Shown piece after piece: positions 1 to 56,250 of a stretch of DNA of 64,000 nt. The stretch's first letter is position 1. Each line of letters starts with the position of its first letter. The DNA lies in the NCBI GenBank assembly GCA_951406725.2, contig OX597826.1:31558001-31622000 (forward strand). Direction: 5' to 3'. Below the pieces are notes generated by a model. That model was not told the DNA's origin. It made no database searches and saw only the letters and a program-made list of their open reading frames with translations. The stretch is from Octopus vulgaris (Eukaryota). Made by a program: the position numbers and the translations under genes.

Positions 1-110
1 CACGACGATCGTTTCGGCTTAGATCTTCACTGCTCCCTAGTGGGTGGGAAACGATACAATGGTATCGAATGCACTCCACAGTGCAGAAAACGCCTCATCA
101 GGTTACATAA
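1..110 (-). ncRNA. Hammerhead ribozyme (type I-like) with branched stem II; 3' strand of stem I cut off by the window edge
   Basis: Minus strand: CTGATGA(101-95)-GGC...GCC-GAAAC-GATC-GTC. Confidence 0.7.
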
Positions 111-744
111 TGCAGTATTATAATATATACACTTCGCTACTGTGTAAGGCGGATGAAGATTGTAGGATGCGTGACTTTATAGAAATGTAAGATCCAAAGA
201 TCAGGATGTAGGAAGAAAGTTAGCTTCAAGCAATCCGTAGCGAATATAAAAAGACAATTTTCAGGAACAATAGTAGTTTTTTGAGGCGGAAGGTTGTGGA
301 TATTTCCTGTCGAAAGACGGTAAGCTGAAACAATTTTTTTTTTTATATTTCACAATAGGCAGCCAAGGTTGCCGGGTATGCGAAAAAGAATATAGGAGTT
401 AAGAAATGGAGTAGATAATATTCGGGCTACATATATTTCATAGGGTGCGGAACCTCGGAAGTGGTAAATATCCAAATGAGGTGTATACCGCAGGCTACTG
501 GTTAGGCCAAGGCTTTGTTGATTAAATGAAGTTTGCATTGTCGTAATGAGGTACATATTAACACACGGCGGATTCTGACTGAATCTTCCATGTGTTAACA
601 TATAGCTCCTTGCGTCAATGTAAATTTCATTTAATCAAAATATTCTTGGCCTGTGGTATAAACCTCGCCTAGATATTTACCATTCCGAGTTTCCACTCAC
701 TATGAAACAGATGCAGCCCGGATCTTATCTATTCCTCTTTTAAC

Positions 745-810
<66 letters not shown>

Positions 811-837
811 GAGAAAGAAGCAACAAGAATGGATTAG

Positions 838-930
838 TTTTTAGTACAATTGTTTCATACAAAGACAGGCTTTATTACAAGTTGCAAAAATTGCAGCAGA
901 TAAAAGTGTCCCGTACTCATCAGCTAAAAT
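838..930 (-). ncRNA. Hammerhead ribozyme, intact core
   Basis: TTTTAG-CTGATGA-long stem II-GAAAC-AATT-GTA-CTAAAA; 6-bp stem I, palindromic loop III. Confidence 0.85.
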
Positions 931-1278
931 ACATTTGAGTTCTCTAGACATCTTAGTGGGTGAGGTTATACTCATGAAATATTGGAGATAGTTCCATTAG
1001 AGGCAGATATAGGTTGTAAACAGTTTTCCAAAGTTCCTTAATGATGATGCACAGTCTTATCACAGATTTTTAAAAACTTATTAGTTTCGAAGAGAAGATG
1101 AATCAATCCATAGTGTAGATTTAAATTTCCAGAGATATGAGAAGGATGATGCACAGACTTATCACAGGTTTCACCCCACATTACTGTATGGATAACACCA
1201 TATAGTTTTTCTGGTGCATCTAAGTTAAGTACCACATTCAAGTAAATTCATTGGAATTTACTTGAATCTTAATTGCTT

Positions 1279-1378
<100 letters not shown>

Positions 1379-1397
1379 ATATTCTTTTATTTTTTAT

Positions 1398-1836
1398 ACT
1401 TTTATTTGTTTCAGTCATTTGACTGCGGCCATGCTGGAGCACAGCCTTTAGTCGAATGAATCAACCCCAGGACTTATTCTTTGTAAGCCTAGTATTTGTC
1501 GAACAGTTAAGTTACGCGGACGTAAATACACCACCATCGGTTATCAAGCGATGGTGGGGGAAAACACTCACACACAAACATATACACACATACACATACA
1601 TACATACATACATACATACATACATACATTATACATACATACGTACATACATACATACATACATACATACAAACGTACATACATATATATACGATGGGCT
1701 TCTTTCATTTTCCGTCTACCAAATCCACTCACAAGGCTTTGGTCGGCCGAGGCTATAGTAGAAGACACTTGCCCAAGGTTCCACGCAGTGAGACTGAACC
1801 CAGAACCATGTGGTTGGTAAGCAAGCTACTTACTAC
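1398..1836 (-). mobile_element. SINE family 1 copy
   Basis: Reverse-complement match to 6407-6827. Confidence 0.85.
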
Positions 1837-1935
1837 ACACACACACACATATGTATATATATGTATAACTATATATATATATGTATATATACATGTATAT
1901 ATATTTATATATGTATATACATATATATGTGGAGA

Positions 1936-2279
1936 CGCAGTCATAGTATCGCGGTTTCGATTCTCACACCGGGCGTTGTGAGTGTTTATTGAGCGAAAAT
2001 ACCTAAAGCTCCACGGGGCTCCACCAGGGGGTAGTGGTGAACCCTGCTGTACTCTTTCACCACAACTTTCTCTTACACTTTCTTCCTGTTTCTGTTGTAC
2101 CTGTATTTCAAAGGGCCAGCCTTGTCACTCTGTGTCACGTTGAATCTCCCCCGAGAACTACGTTAAGTGTACATGTGTCTGTGGAGTGCTCAGCCACTTG
2201 CACGTTAATTTCACGAGCAGGCTGTTCCGTTGATTGGATCAACTGGAACACCCATCGTCGTGACCGATGGAGTGCCAAC
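1936..2279 (+). mobile_element. tRNA-derived SINE family 3 (other copies 13120-13323 -, 59190-59480 -)
   Basis: ggtttcgattc B-box; intact head gcaatggcctagtggttagg in the other copies; shared gtttattgagcgaaa. Confidence 0.8.
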
Positions 2280-2289
2280 ATATATATAC

Positions 2290-2367
<78 letters not shown>

Positions 2368-2822
2368 GAAAAATACAAACTGGGACAAGAACGTAAAACA
2401 TTTAGAAGACGATACAAAAAAGAACCGGATCATCATCGCAATTTCGGCTGATTAATCTTGAGATCGCTCCGATCCGGCCAGCCCCAAGGAAAAACTAAGC
2501 TACGAGCATTCGATTTCTTGGAAAAAGGATCCAATGTATACGAAACAAGGACAGAAAAACGGACGATGCCACACGAATATAAATACAAAAAACAATATAG
2601 TAATAACAGGACAAAAACAGCAGGTGTCTTACGACTTTAGACAGTTCAACGAAGCTTAGCTGGCGTATTTGAAAAAAAAATGTATATATATATATATATA
2701 TATATATACATACACACACACACATTCACACATATATACAAATATATACCTCCATAAATACATACATACATATATACATATAGAAAGACAGGGAGAGATT
2801 GGAGATAGATAGAGATAGTCAG

Positions 2823-5453
<2,631 letters not shown>

Positions 5454-5454
5454 G

Positions 5455-5503
5455 ACATAAATACAGCGATTTCGACTTATTTGTATCTCATCAGATTCTA
5501 CAG
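5455..5503 (-). ncRNA. Minimal hammerhead-like motif
   Basis: CTGATGA-GAT..GTC-GAAAT-CGCT-GTA; stem I weak. Confidence 0.45.
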
Positions 5504-6015
5504 TATTACTTTCAGGTATTTTAATCTCACTTTTATATAGCCGATAATTATTTAATATTTATCCTCTAATGGTAATATTTAGCAATTCTTGTTTAATTTA
5601 TGCCTTATAGATTATTCTTGTAAAAAATGGGCGGTAACTATCTAACCGTTTGGGATGTGAAACTATATCTTAGCATCACTTTATATTTCATTCTTCACAC
5701 GGCAATATTCCCGTATCAATAACGCTCATCTCCTGGCGATAGATGTCTTCACCAGTACATTATTACTTTGAATCGCTATAAGTAGCGATTGTTCTGTATA
5801 TCTGCAATGACTGTATTATATGAATGTGATATTTGAGTGTATAATCTCAGTGACTAACATATATGATATTCCAATAAACAATTCAGTTATGTTTGTCTCC
5901 CGACTCCCTAATGCTGTTTAATATTGGCCAATATTAATTTTATCTGAGAATTTAATGGCAACATAACATTAACATACAATTAACATACATTAGAAATTGT
6001 TAAAAGGATATTTAC

Positions 6016-26134
<20,119 letters not shown>

Positions 26135-27671
26135 GTTAAAAACACAGTGTTTCTAGAATTTCGCCTCACGTTTCAAAATTGCACTTCTTTTTACTTAAAA
26201 GATTACTTGAAAAAAAAAGCCAGCAAAACAAGTAAAATTATTCAATAATACACACATTAAGAAGTACTTATCACATTAATATCAGACATTTTAAGTAATA
26301 AAGTCTGTTTTTATAGGATAAATATTTTTTCCCGATGGTCATTTATTTCATAAGTTCTTTAGAATCAAATTCACTATGTAAGATGAGTTTCATCCTTGGG
26401 TAGTACGTGTTATTTCTTATCTAATTACTCCTAGAAAGTATTAAAAATGGCTAATATTTCCTTTAAACTTTGCGTTTGTTACAATTATTTAAATCTCAAT
26501 GAATCCCTCTCAACACATGGCTAGCATGTTCTCAAACAACTCCTGCTCATCAGGGTTGCACATATTGTCAACCACTACGAGACATGCTCAAGTAGTTAAG
26601 GTCAAGCAACTGAAAGCAAACCTGTGGTTTTGAGCAGAATATTTGCTATAACGATATTTCTGCTTCAGCAACTGAGCGCTGAATCTGTCTGAAATGTAAT
26701 GGAAAATAAGTCAGTTTGAAACTATTGATGTCCAGGTTACAAAAGCAAAGTTTGAAGGGAATAGCAGTCATTTCATATGATTTTTTGATAGAAACAAACA
26801 AGAAATAAAACTTACTAACCAAAGACAAAAAGAAAAAAAAATGTTACAGTGTTACAAATGATATATTCTCAATCATCTTAAGGCGCATGGCTTAGTGGTT
26901 AGAGTGTAGAACTTATGATCATAAGATTGTGGCTTTGATTCCTGAACCGGACGATGCATTCTGATCCTGTTCCCGTTGCTCCACTCCACTCAGCTGGCAA
27001 AAATGAGTAATCTAACAATTTAGATATTGTTAGATATTGCGATATCTAACAATATACTGATGTTGTTAGCTATTGTGATATCTGACAATATCAAGACTAT
27101 AAAATTAATTTTGATTCCTGAAATCTGTAATCCTTTAGTGAAATATAAACTGACGAATCAAATTACTTTATCGTAAACTGCTTGGGTTCAGCACATTGTT
27201 TTCTATAACGGTTACTGTGATGGGAATAAATATTTATGAACACTAATATTAAAATCTGATGTATGCTATAAATAATATCTATAGTTTAAGGACTTAAACA
27301 CATACTGAAGATTAGTTTTAATACCCATTGTTTGGAAATGGACACAGAAATATACATACAAATTAACAAACAGGCAAAATTAACAGGGACACGCAGTCCC
27401 AACGAATAATTTCATCCAATCATTTAACGATATGAACATTAATAATATAGTAATAATGATAATCCTTTCTGCTATAGGCACAAGGCCTGAAACATGGGGG
27501 GGGGTAATTGATTACATCGACCCCAGTATTTCACTGGTTCTTAATTTATCGACCCCGAAAGGATTAACAGCAAAATCGACCCCGGTGGAATTGGAACTGA
27601 GAACGCAGCGGCAGTCGAAATACCGCTAAGCATTTCGCCTGGTGTGTTATCAGTTCTGCCAGCTCGCCGCC

Positions 27672-27744
<73 letters not shown>

Positions 27745-28300
27745 TAAATGCCCTGATGCAGTACCAGACTGGCTCTCATGGCTTCTAATCTTAACTGATT
27801 GCAAGTGTTATCATGTACATTGTTTTGTCTTGGTATAAAAATGGGCTACAGCAAATATTCTGCTCAATACCACAGATTTGCTAGTCAGTTGTTTGACCTT
27901 AACCAGTTGAGAATGTCCCTTAGTGGTTGACGATATGTGCATCTCTGATCACGAGCAGAAGTAGTGGGGGAGCATCATATTCATGTGTTGAGAGGAATTC
28001 TTTGGGTTTTGGATAATCCACCTTTGGAAACATGGGTGGTTCGTTCAACATCCTTAAACAATCCTTATTCAGGAACCTTTTGAGCGGGATGGGCTACTCG
28101 ACCAGATGAAAATTCTAACTGGGCCCCACCTGCAAGGTCATGTGCTGTTTATCTTGATATGAGATCACCATGTCGCGCACATATGGTTGTGATGCATATA
28201 GTTGGTGTATCCTTATCAGACGGGTAGTCATGATGGGTATACTGGGCTTCGTATATTTTACCGCAGTGTCACTTTGATGGCATGAACTGCTCTCTCACTC

Positions 28301-28365
<65 letters not shown>

Positions 28366-28683
28366 TAAAGATGATATAATAGCATTAAGCTCTTGTTTAA
28401 CGTCTAAAATATGACTAATTTCAGCTAAACAAAACTAATATGTAGTTTCGAATAATCATAACAGTATACTCTCTCAGTAGGTTAGCTTTATATATAATCA
28501 ATGCTCTGTGATAAAACACCAACAACTGACACGATGCACATTCTACACAGTTGCTACCCATTAATATATAGAAGAATACCTACGCAACCACACACAACAC
28601 ATATGCCCCACGTACACTCAAACATGCATCGCGTATGAATCATATCTATGCAATCCAACAAAACAATATGACTCTCACCATCT

Positions 28684-28744
<61 letters not shown>

Positions 28745-28913
28745 TACATACATATATATATACATATATATATACACACACATATATATATATACATGTA
28801 TATATATATATAAATATATATAGAGGGAGAGTTTACGAAAAAAACAAAAGACAAAGACAGGTGGTGTACAAAACAAACAGATGTATTAGTATAACGCTCA
28901 GGAATATAAAAAG

Positions 28914-28952
28914 TCTTTTACCTTTCGAGCCTACGCTCTTCTACAGAAAAGG
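28914..28952 (-). ncRNA. Minimal hammerhead variant (CUGU core), second copy
   Basis: CTGTAGA-A-GAGC-GTAG-GCTC-GAAAG-GTA. Confidence 0.45.
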
Positions 28953-29022
28953 ACACAGAAAAAAAGGAGAGAAACAAGGAGAGAAAAAAATGTGTGTAGT
29001 GGCTAACGATCTATCATGGCGA

Positions 29023-29086
<64 letters not shown>

Positions 29087-29132
29087 TAAATAAATAAATG
29101 GAGTTGAACGAAAATGTTAACAGAATTCCTTT

Positions 29133-29216
29133 ACTCTCGACATATGTTTTGAAGACAACATGGTTTTATTCGAAAGGAATAATCGGTGCAAGATGCAATC
29201 TTCTCATCAGGAAAGA
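29133..29216 (-). ncRNA. Hammerhead ribozyme with G12->A decay, same family as 47950-48067
   Basis: CTTTC-CTGATGA-GAAGAT...GTCTTC-AAAAC-ATAT-GTC-GAGAG. Confidence 0.72.
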
Positions 29217-29434
29217 CAAAACAATAATTTCGATGACTGCCTACATAGTAAACAAAACGTTCAACTCCATTTATTTATTCATATATAACACACAAATTTC
29301 TGCACATGAACCCGGAGTTTCTACCCTTGGACAAGTCGCTTCAACCGTGTTTCTGACGTGAATTTGCTACCCTGGTATCGGTTCATCGAATTTTCTATGT
29401 TGACGATAAACATAGGATAATTCATTGACCTATC

Positions 29435-29491
<57 letters not shown>

Positions 29492-29831
29492 CATACTTTT
29501 AAATACTGTACATTATCTGAAGAAGAGAAGTACTAAACTAAAATCACAGATAGAAAAACATCAGAAATAACAGAATTCTAATTGATCAGAAGAGAATTAT
29601 GTACATACCTCAGGTGCACGTAAATGTGGAGACAGTAGAAATTAGCAGTAAACTATGAAATCATAAATAATAGTTACACACTTTTAATATAATCATAACA
29701 TTAAATGATAACAGTAAATTAGTAGAGCATTAATAAATAAACTAATGACCATAACTTTGTTAAACTAATATACTTAGTGGCCATAGCCTTCACAAGACAA
29801 CTTACTGGATTTAAGTTAAATTTCCCAACTA

Positions 29832-29876
<45 letters not shown>

Positions 29877-30544
29877 AATGAGTATTTATGAGCAGACGTG
29901 TGTGTTTGTGAAAGCAGTTCACACCGAAAACATAAATGTTTGAATATTTGTGTTGATTTGAAGTGAATTTCTATTCAAAATATGTAACGATATTTACCAA
30001 GCTGTTCTCCTCCAACGTATAATAGACCACATGCAATTTCGATCTAGGTTACAGAACAATGGGTTTCTATGTTTCTGCGTCTGTATCTTTCACTCAATGC
30101 GAAATGACCTAGTATTCGTTGAACAGGAAACGAATTAAATAATTGACGGTTAAGCTGACGCACATTTGTTTAGTTGTAATTCATAGGCTGGTGTCGAAAT
30201 AATTAGGTAGACAAAAGACAAATTTAGTCAAATATTAATACTAGTTTCATTGTTTCCTCATGAATGTGAGGCAACTGGTAATATGTTTCGGTCTTATTAC
30301 ACCCGCTTCTGAAAATGAAAAGATATGTTTTGTAACGGTATTTTAGGTGGACTCATTAGTCACCATTTATAACAGTTTGTATTATGATAATTGCTGGAGG
30401 TCGGCAGTTACCAATTGTAACGGAGGTTTCCAAATGTAATGCCTTTGTTACGTGGATGATGTTTATGAAGAGAAAAGAACAGTGATAGAAGTTGTAAACA
30501 AAGATTTACGTTATATATTTATTTCGTACGTTATATATTTATTT

Positions 30545-30950
30545 CTTTATTGCCCTCAAGGGGCTAAACATAGAGTTGACAAACAAGGACAGACAAAGGG
30601 ACTAAGTCGATTACATCGACCCCAGTGCGAAATTGGTACTTTATTTATCGACCCGAAAGCATGAAAGGCAAAGTCGACCTCGGCGGAATTTGAACTCAGA
30701 ACGTAACGACAGACGAAATACCTATTTCTTTACTACCCACAAGGGGCTAAACACAGAGGGGACATACAAGGACAGACAAACGGATTAAGTCGATTACATC
30801 GATCCCAGTGCGTAACTGGTACTTATTTAATCGAAAGGATGAAAGGCAAAGTCGACCTCGGCGGAAGTTGAACTCAGAACGTAACGGCAGACGTAATACG
30901 GCTACGCATTTAGCCCGGCGTGCTAACGTTTCTGCCGGCTCACCGCCTTG
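30545..30950 (-). mobile_element. SINE family 2 tandem/dimeric copy
   Basis: Two successive aaggcaaagtcgacctcggcggaa.ttgaactcagaacgtaac units. Confidence 0.8.
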
Positions 30951-31918
30951 CAAAGATTTATTTACCGTTACATATTGTTATAGCCAAACCACGACATAAA
31001 TCGGCTTGGCAAAGCCATATGTTAAATGTAACTGCTGTCAACCATTGTTTTTCTGTGAGAAAAATGCTGTAGCAATGTTAAAAGAAATTGGCAAATTCCG
31101 GTTCGAATCTACCCTATGTCTACATGAAGTCACTACAACTTATTTGCTTTTATCTGTGTATTACTATCATAAGTGCAGAAGACCTGATGCGAAAGGTAAC
31201 TTAAACAAGGTCATAGTCTTGTTTTCACTTCCCCTTTAGAGTCGCTAATTTAAACCTTTTGATACTGACCCACTTGAAATTGCACCTGGTTATATGATGC
31301 TATGTGTTTTAAATTAAAACAACCCATTAAAATGTTATGCTAATTTATGTTCTAAATGCCAACTTAATGGTGACAAGGTTACTTTAGTAAATTTTTCATT
31401 ATTTTAAAAGTGAATTGAAACAAAAGCATTGGATTTCAACAGAGATATAGTAAGAAAAGCGTATAAACTCATTTTATGACCACGGTTTGCAGAATGCTGG
31501 CGTAATTCTACATGTCAGAGCATACACTTTACCGACAGCTATTACGAGAAGCCAGGGGACATGCCCCACCCTTTCTGATGGCTTTAATTATCGAGTCGAA
31601 CATTTGAAACGAATTAGAGCTGATCTGACAACAGCTATTTTTTAACTGAAATCTCCCGATGCATTCAGTCGAATACATTCTCCTCTTTGTGTTGATATTG
31701 AAACTTTTGCAGTATGTATACAGTGTGAGTCTCGCATGAGTTCGTAGAAGGATCGTAAATGTTAGGAGTAAAAATATTTCGTATAGTGAAGAGAAAGGTC
31801 TGTTTTTGACGCACGCCATTTTTCTCTATTGGGGACGAGCGTTGTTCCATTGAGTTCCTCAGTGATGGGGAAGCCTAGAGATTTCAAACGATCTTGTGGA
31901 TTGTATTTGCGTGATATT

Positions 31919-31982
<64 letters not shown>

Positions 31983-32418
31983 CGTCGGATATTGTTTTCT
32001 AGATATGGGAACTGATTCTGTCTTTGTTTTGATGTAACTGAAGAAACTTTTCGATGAAATCAGTGCAAGTCTGGAATGTGGTACCGTGGTTTCAAGTCAT
32101 TACTGGGTGAGTGGAGACAGAGAAGATCTGGAAAATGAAAGACTGTATTATCTACAAAGTAGTGGAATGTTCGAGAGGATGGAGGCATATAGTCCACTGA
32201 TGCTTAGGAAAGATTTTGTGAGGTGGGGAAAAATGGAGCACACCAAAGTTTCTTCTTATATGAATAAATTGTATCACATTTGGTATTTCTATAAACATTT
32301 GTAGTATATATGTTTTATTTGAACATCATTCGGCTTTGGACTCAGTTTATGTAGCATTTAAACTCCTAGCAAATTTTAATAGTGTCAACAACAGCTCCCT
32401 CATCATCATCATCATCAG

Positions 32419-32450
<32 letters not shown>

Positions 32451-32474
32451 TCATCACCAGCACCACCATCACCA

Positions 32475-32505
<31 letters not shown>

Positions 32506-33249
32506 AGCGGCAGCAGTAGCAACATCAGCACATACTCACGGATACGAGGACAAACACACACACACAAACGCAAGTGCATGCAAACACACACACATATACA
32601 TATATATATAATTGAAAAACATTGGAGTCAACAAAAAGGAGTACTGTTGGACATTTATTTTCAAACACTACAATTGTTTCTACGCAACGTAGTTCTCCAG
32701 GCCTGCAGGTACTTGATTATGCAACCGTTGCCCTGTATTTTGAGTTGTGTTTCCTCAGGTGTTATGTAAATATTGGTCTCGGTAAGTTTAAATTCTCAGC
32801 TTCAAGAGCATCCTCCCTGTCTGTTGTGGCCTGAAGTTATTAGAAACCACTGAGTTTTTCAAGGTGTGTTGCTGCTGATTATCTATTCACACACGACAGA
32901 AACCCAAACACAAATCTGGCAGTACATATTATACTACTACTGGATAGTTCATGGAGGAATCTGAAAGTGAATGAGCTTTATACTATACTCTATTGTACTC
33001 TGCTACGTTCTTAACACAATGTACCATAACTACCCCCACCCCAAATTTAACTACTACATACGAAATTGCAGCAGATACAAATATTGATATTATCAGGCTA
33101 AATAATATGCGCCACAGACTCAGTAGTCAAAAAGAAAAATGGATACTCGTTCAGATCCACCCAAACAGTAGTGTGAAAACTCAAGTAAATATCGTGGAAA
33201 ACAAATATTCAGACAAAAAATAAACAAGAAAAATGATCTGTCAATCCTT

Positions 33250-34280
33250 ATTGACATGAAAAAAAACCAAAAAAAAAAAACCAAACAACAGGAAAGAGAG
33301 ACAAATACTTCAGAAATATAAAATAACGAGATGTACTAGAAGCAAAAGAACATCTAAAGCACGAGATCCTCACTAAACCACAACGAATCCATCGCTATTA
33401 AAAACACCAACGATTCACTGACCAAAACAACCAATTTAATTCCGACCCAAAACGATTCTACCAAGAACTTGGTGAAAATAGAATAGAGGTTAATGTACCA
33501 TAAGAAGCTACAGAAACAGGAGTATTTTGAGAAGAAATATGTACTGCGAAGGAATTAGCCTAGAAAATATTAAACATAGCACCTGAACAACCTTGGACAA
33601 CCGTAACAACAGAAATGACCTAAGTACTGCAAAAATCAAAAGATTTGAAGGAAAACAACCTGTTTCCAGGAGAGCAGAAGGAATTCTGCAAAAGCTCACA
33701 TAGTTGTAAAGTTATTGATGAACAAAACCATGACTGAAGAAACTAGAAAGTTTTTGAGAGTATGTCCAACACTTGGATTCTGAAAACACTAACCATCAGC
33801 AATAATGGAATATATAAAACATGACGTGAGTAAATGGCAAATAGTTCTGAAACTACAGATAAAAATGGAATTTATAAAGATTAAACCCGTTCCCATTAGA
33901 AGAAAAATATTTGAAGGAAACTCCCCACTCCATTCCTATTCTGTCTGGCGTTGCCGCGTTTAACCGATATGCTAAACATGACAGGATATGCATACAACTG
34001 CTAAGGTAAAACAATAAACCATCTCTTGCATATGGACGTTCTCAAGTTGTATGCAGAAAATCATAAGTGGAAACACAACTACGGAAAATACGCAGATTTA
34101 CCAAAGAGTTCAAGATGAGATTTGCCATAGAAAAATGTGTCAAAGCAGGACTATGTGATTAACATCTTAAATAACATACTGAAATAAAAAAATATAGACC
34201 TGATTTACACATACATATACGTAAGAGTCAACGAATTATATGAGATGCAACGTACGCAAATGAAAGAAAAGCAAAGGAAG
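33250..34280 (+). mobile_element. Highly degenerate R4/Dong-like (R2-group) non-LTR RT remnant
   Basis: INHLLHMDVLKLYA-like (HLLYMDDLKLY) at 34010-34056, IFEGNSPLH region upstream. Confidence 0.5.
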
Positions 34281-34339
34281 TTATGCTTTCAACATCTTAC
34301 TACATTTAAGATAATCGTTTTTAGTATCTAAATTTCATT

Positions 34340-35610
34340 CTTATGGCCATGGACACAAACTCAGCTGCTGACACTGATGGGTTCACAGCAATACTACTCA
34401 AATCATGCAAACGAGTCCTCGCATTACCACTGCATCTTCTTTTTCAGAGCTTCTTTGGCAGTGGTAAACACCCAGGTAAATTGAAGGAGGGGATAATATG
34501 CCCTATCCATAAAGGAAGAAGAAGTGCAAAAGCTAAAAGCCATAGGCCTTTCTCTCTGAATTCATACAACAGCGAAGTTATGAAACGAAAAAGGAACTTG
34601 ACACCTTGAAGAGGATGTCTGGCTGACCGATACCAAGGATGGTGTTTTGACAATAGTGGACGCTGCATGATAACTCTTTCAGCATTACGATTGGGTATTA
34701 AAGTAGATGTTCAATAAATCAAATGTAGATGTGGTATATCTTCAGTTTTCAAAAGACTTTGATAAAATCGATCATGGTGTGTGAAGTCACAGACTGCGTG
34801 ATTTCGGCATAGTCAGAGAACCTGGAGAGAAGCTACATGATTTTTAAAAGATAGAAGTCAGACAGCGGTGGCCAATGGATCCACGATTAAAGAAACACAA
34901 ATAGTGAGTGGTGTCTCACAGATCGCTATTCATAGTGACCTCTCAGACATGCCCTCAGTGTTCAGATAGCCACCCTCCCTAGTTATGCAGACTATACAAA
35001 AGTCTCTCAGAAGACACAAGACTCTGGAGGTGATGCACAACTGCACCAGGAGTTGGATGCAATATACAGGTCGGCTGAAGACAATAACATGTAGATTAAT
35101 ACTGGAAAATTCCAAGGCTTGCGCTATCGTCACATGACGCGGAATGAAATGCAGAAAGGATACATTGGCTCTGGAGGGATTATAATCTTTGAGTCAAAAT
35201 CTGTGAGACAAGTGCATTGCCATGAGTAATGGTGCATCTTTCCTGGTGCATATTACTAAGCTGGCAATAACACGCAGTTAGCTAACCGGATGGATCCTGA
35301 GAATGTCCAAGTTGGGAGAACAGGAAACCAAGACATTTGTCCTCAAACCTTCCAAGCGATGGCCACCACACAGTCAAGTTAAAGGCGGTACTCGAAGCAA
35401 TCCATCCAAGCTATACAATGCGGATTGTCTTAATGTGACTGGTCAGCTGTAGAGAAAGGCCTAAAAAGTTAAGTCTCTAATCCCTAGAAAGAAGGTGGGA
35501 AAAATATACAGTGATATACATTTGGAAAATTCTGGAAGGACTTGTATAAACTTTGGCATTAATACTCTGGCACCAGAACAGGATGCCAATGCATAATGCC
35601 AAAGAACGAA
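34340..35610 (+). mobile_element. Degenerate CR1/L2-like LINE remnant
   Basis: SAADTDGFTAILLKSC, ICPIHKG, decayed DVVYL.FSK.FD and SYAD, SLERRWE..VIYIWKILEG. Confidence 0.7.
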
Positions 35611-36184
35611 CCATCACCAAATTAATGTTAGTACATTGTTTATAAAGAAGCACAGAAGCGTCGAGTGAGTTGATATTTCTAGAAATCTCGAACGTTGAAG
35701 AATAGCTGTTTCGAAAATTTGAAAATAAATGAATATTTCAATATAAATGCGTATATCAAATGAAAGAGAAAGGAAGAAAGGAATATATTTATTTGGAGAC
35801 GAAACATTTAAGAAGCTTTACTTGTCTGACATGTTTAAATATAGGAAACTGCCATTTTAATTTTAGTTTTGAATCTCACGTTCCAATTTCTATTACTAGG
35901 ACTCCATACAACTTTGAGAAAATAATACTAATAGTACGTTTGAACACAAAAACTTATCTTTAGTAAAATATTTTTTATTCATTTAAGTAAAATTGATGGT
36001 CACAAAATATTGTATAGAAAAGATTTTAAAATTAACCCGTAATCACTTGAATTTCTGTCTAAAATTATTCATAGAAGAAAATCTGTGTTGACAAATTTTA
36101 AAATTAAACCCTCGATGCATTCAATAAAATGCATTTTTCTCTTTTTGCTGTCATTGAACCTTTGTTTCTTTTTGTTGTTTTACG

Positions 36185-56250
<20,066 letters not shown>

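Noticed and set aside
2425-2475. CTCAAGA...GCCGAAATTGCGATG hammerhead-like motif on minus
   Set aside because: Core mutated, cleavage triplet non-canonical, stems weak; at best a heavily decayed copy
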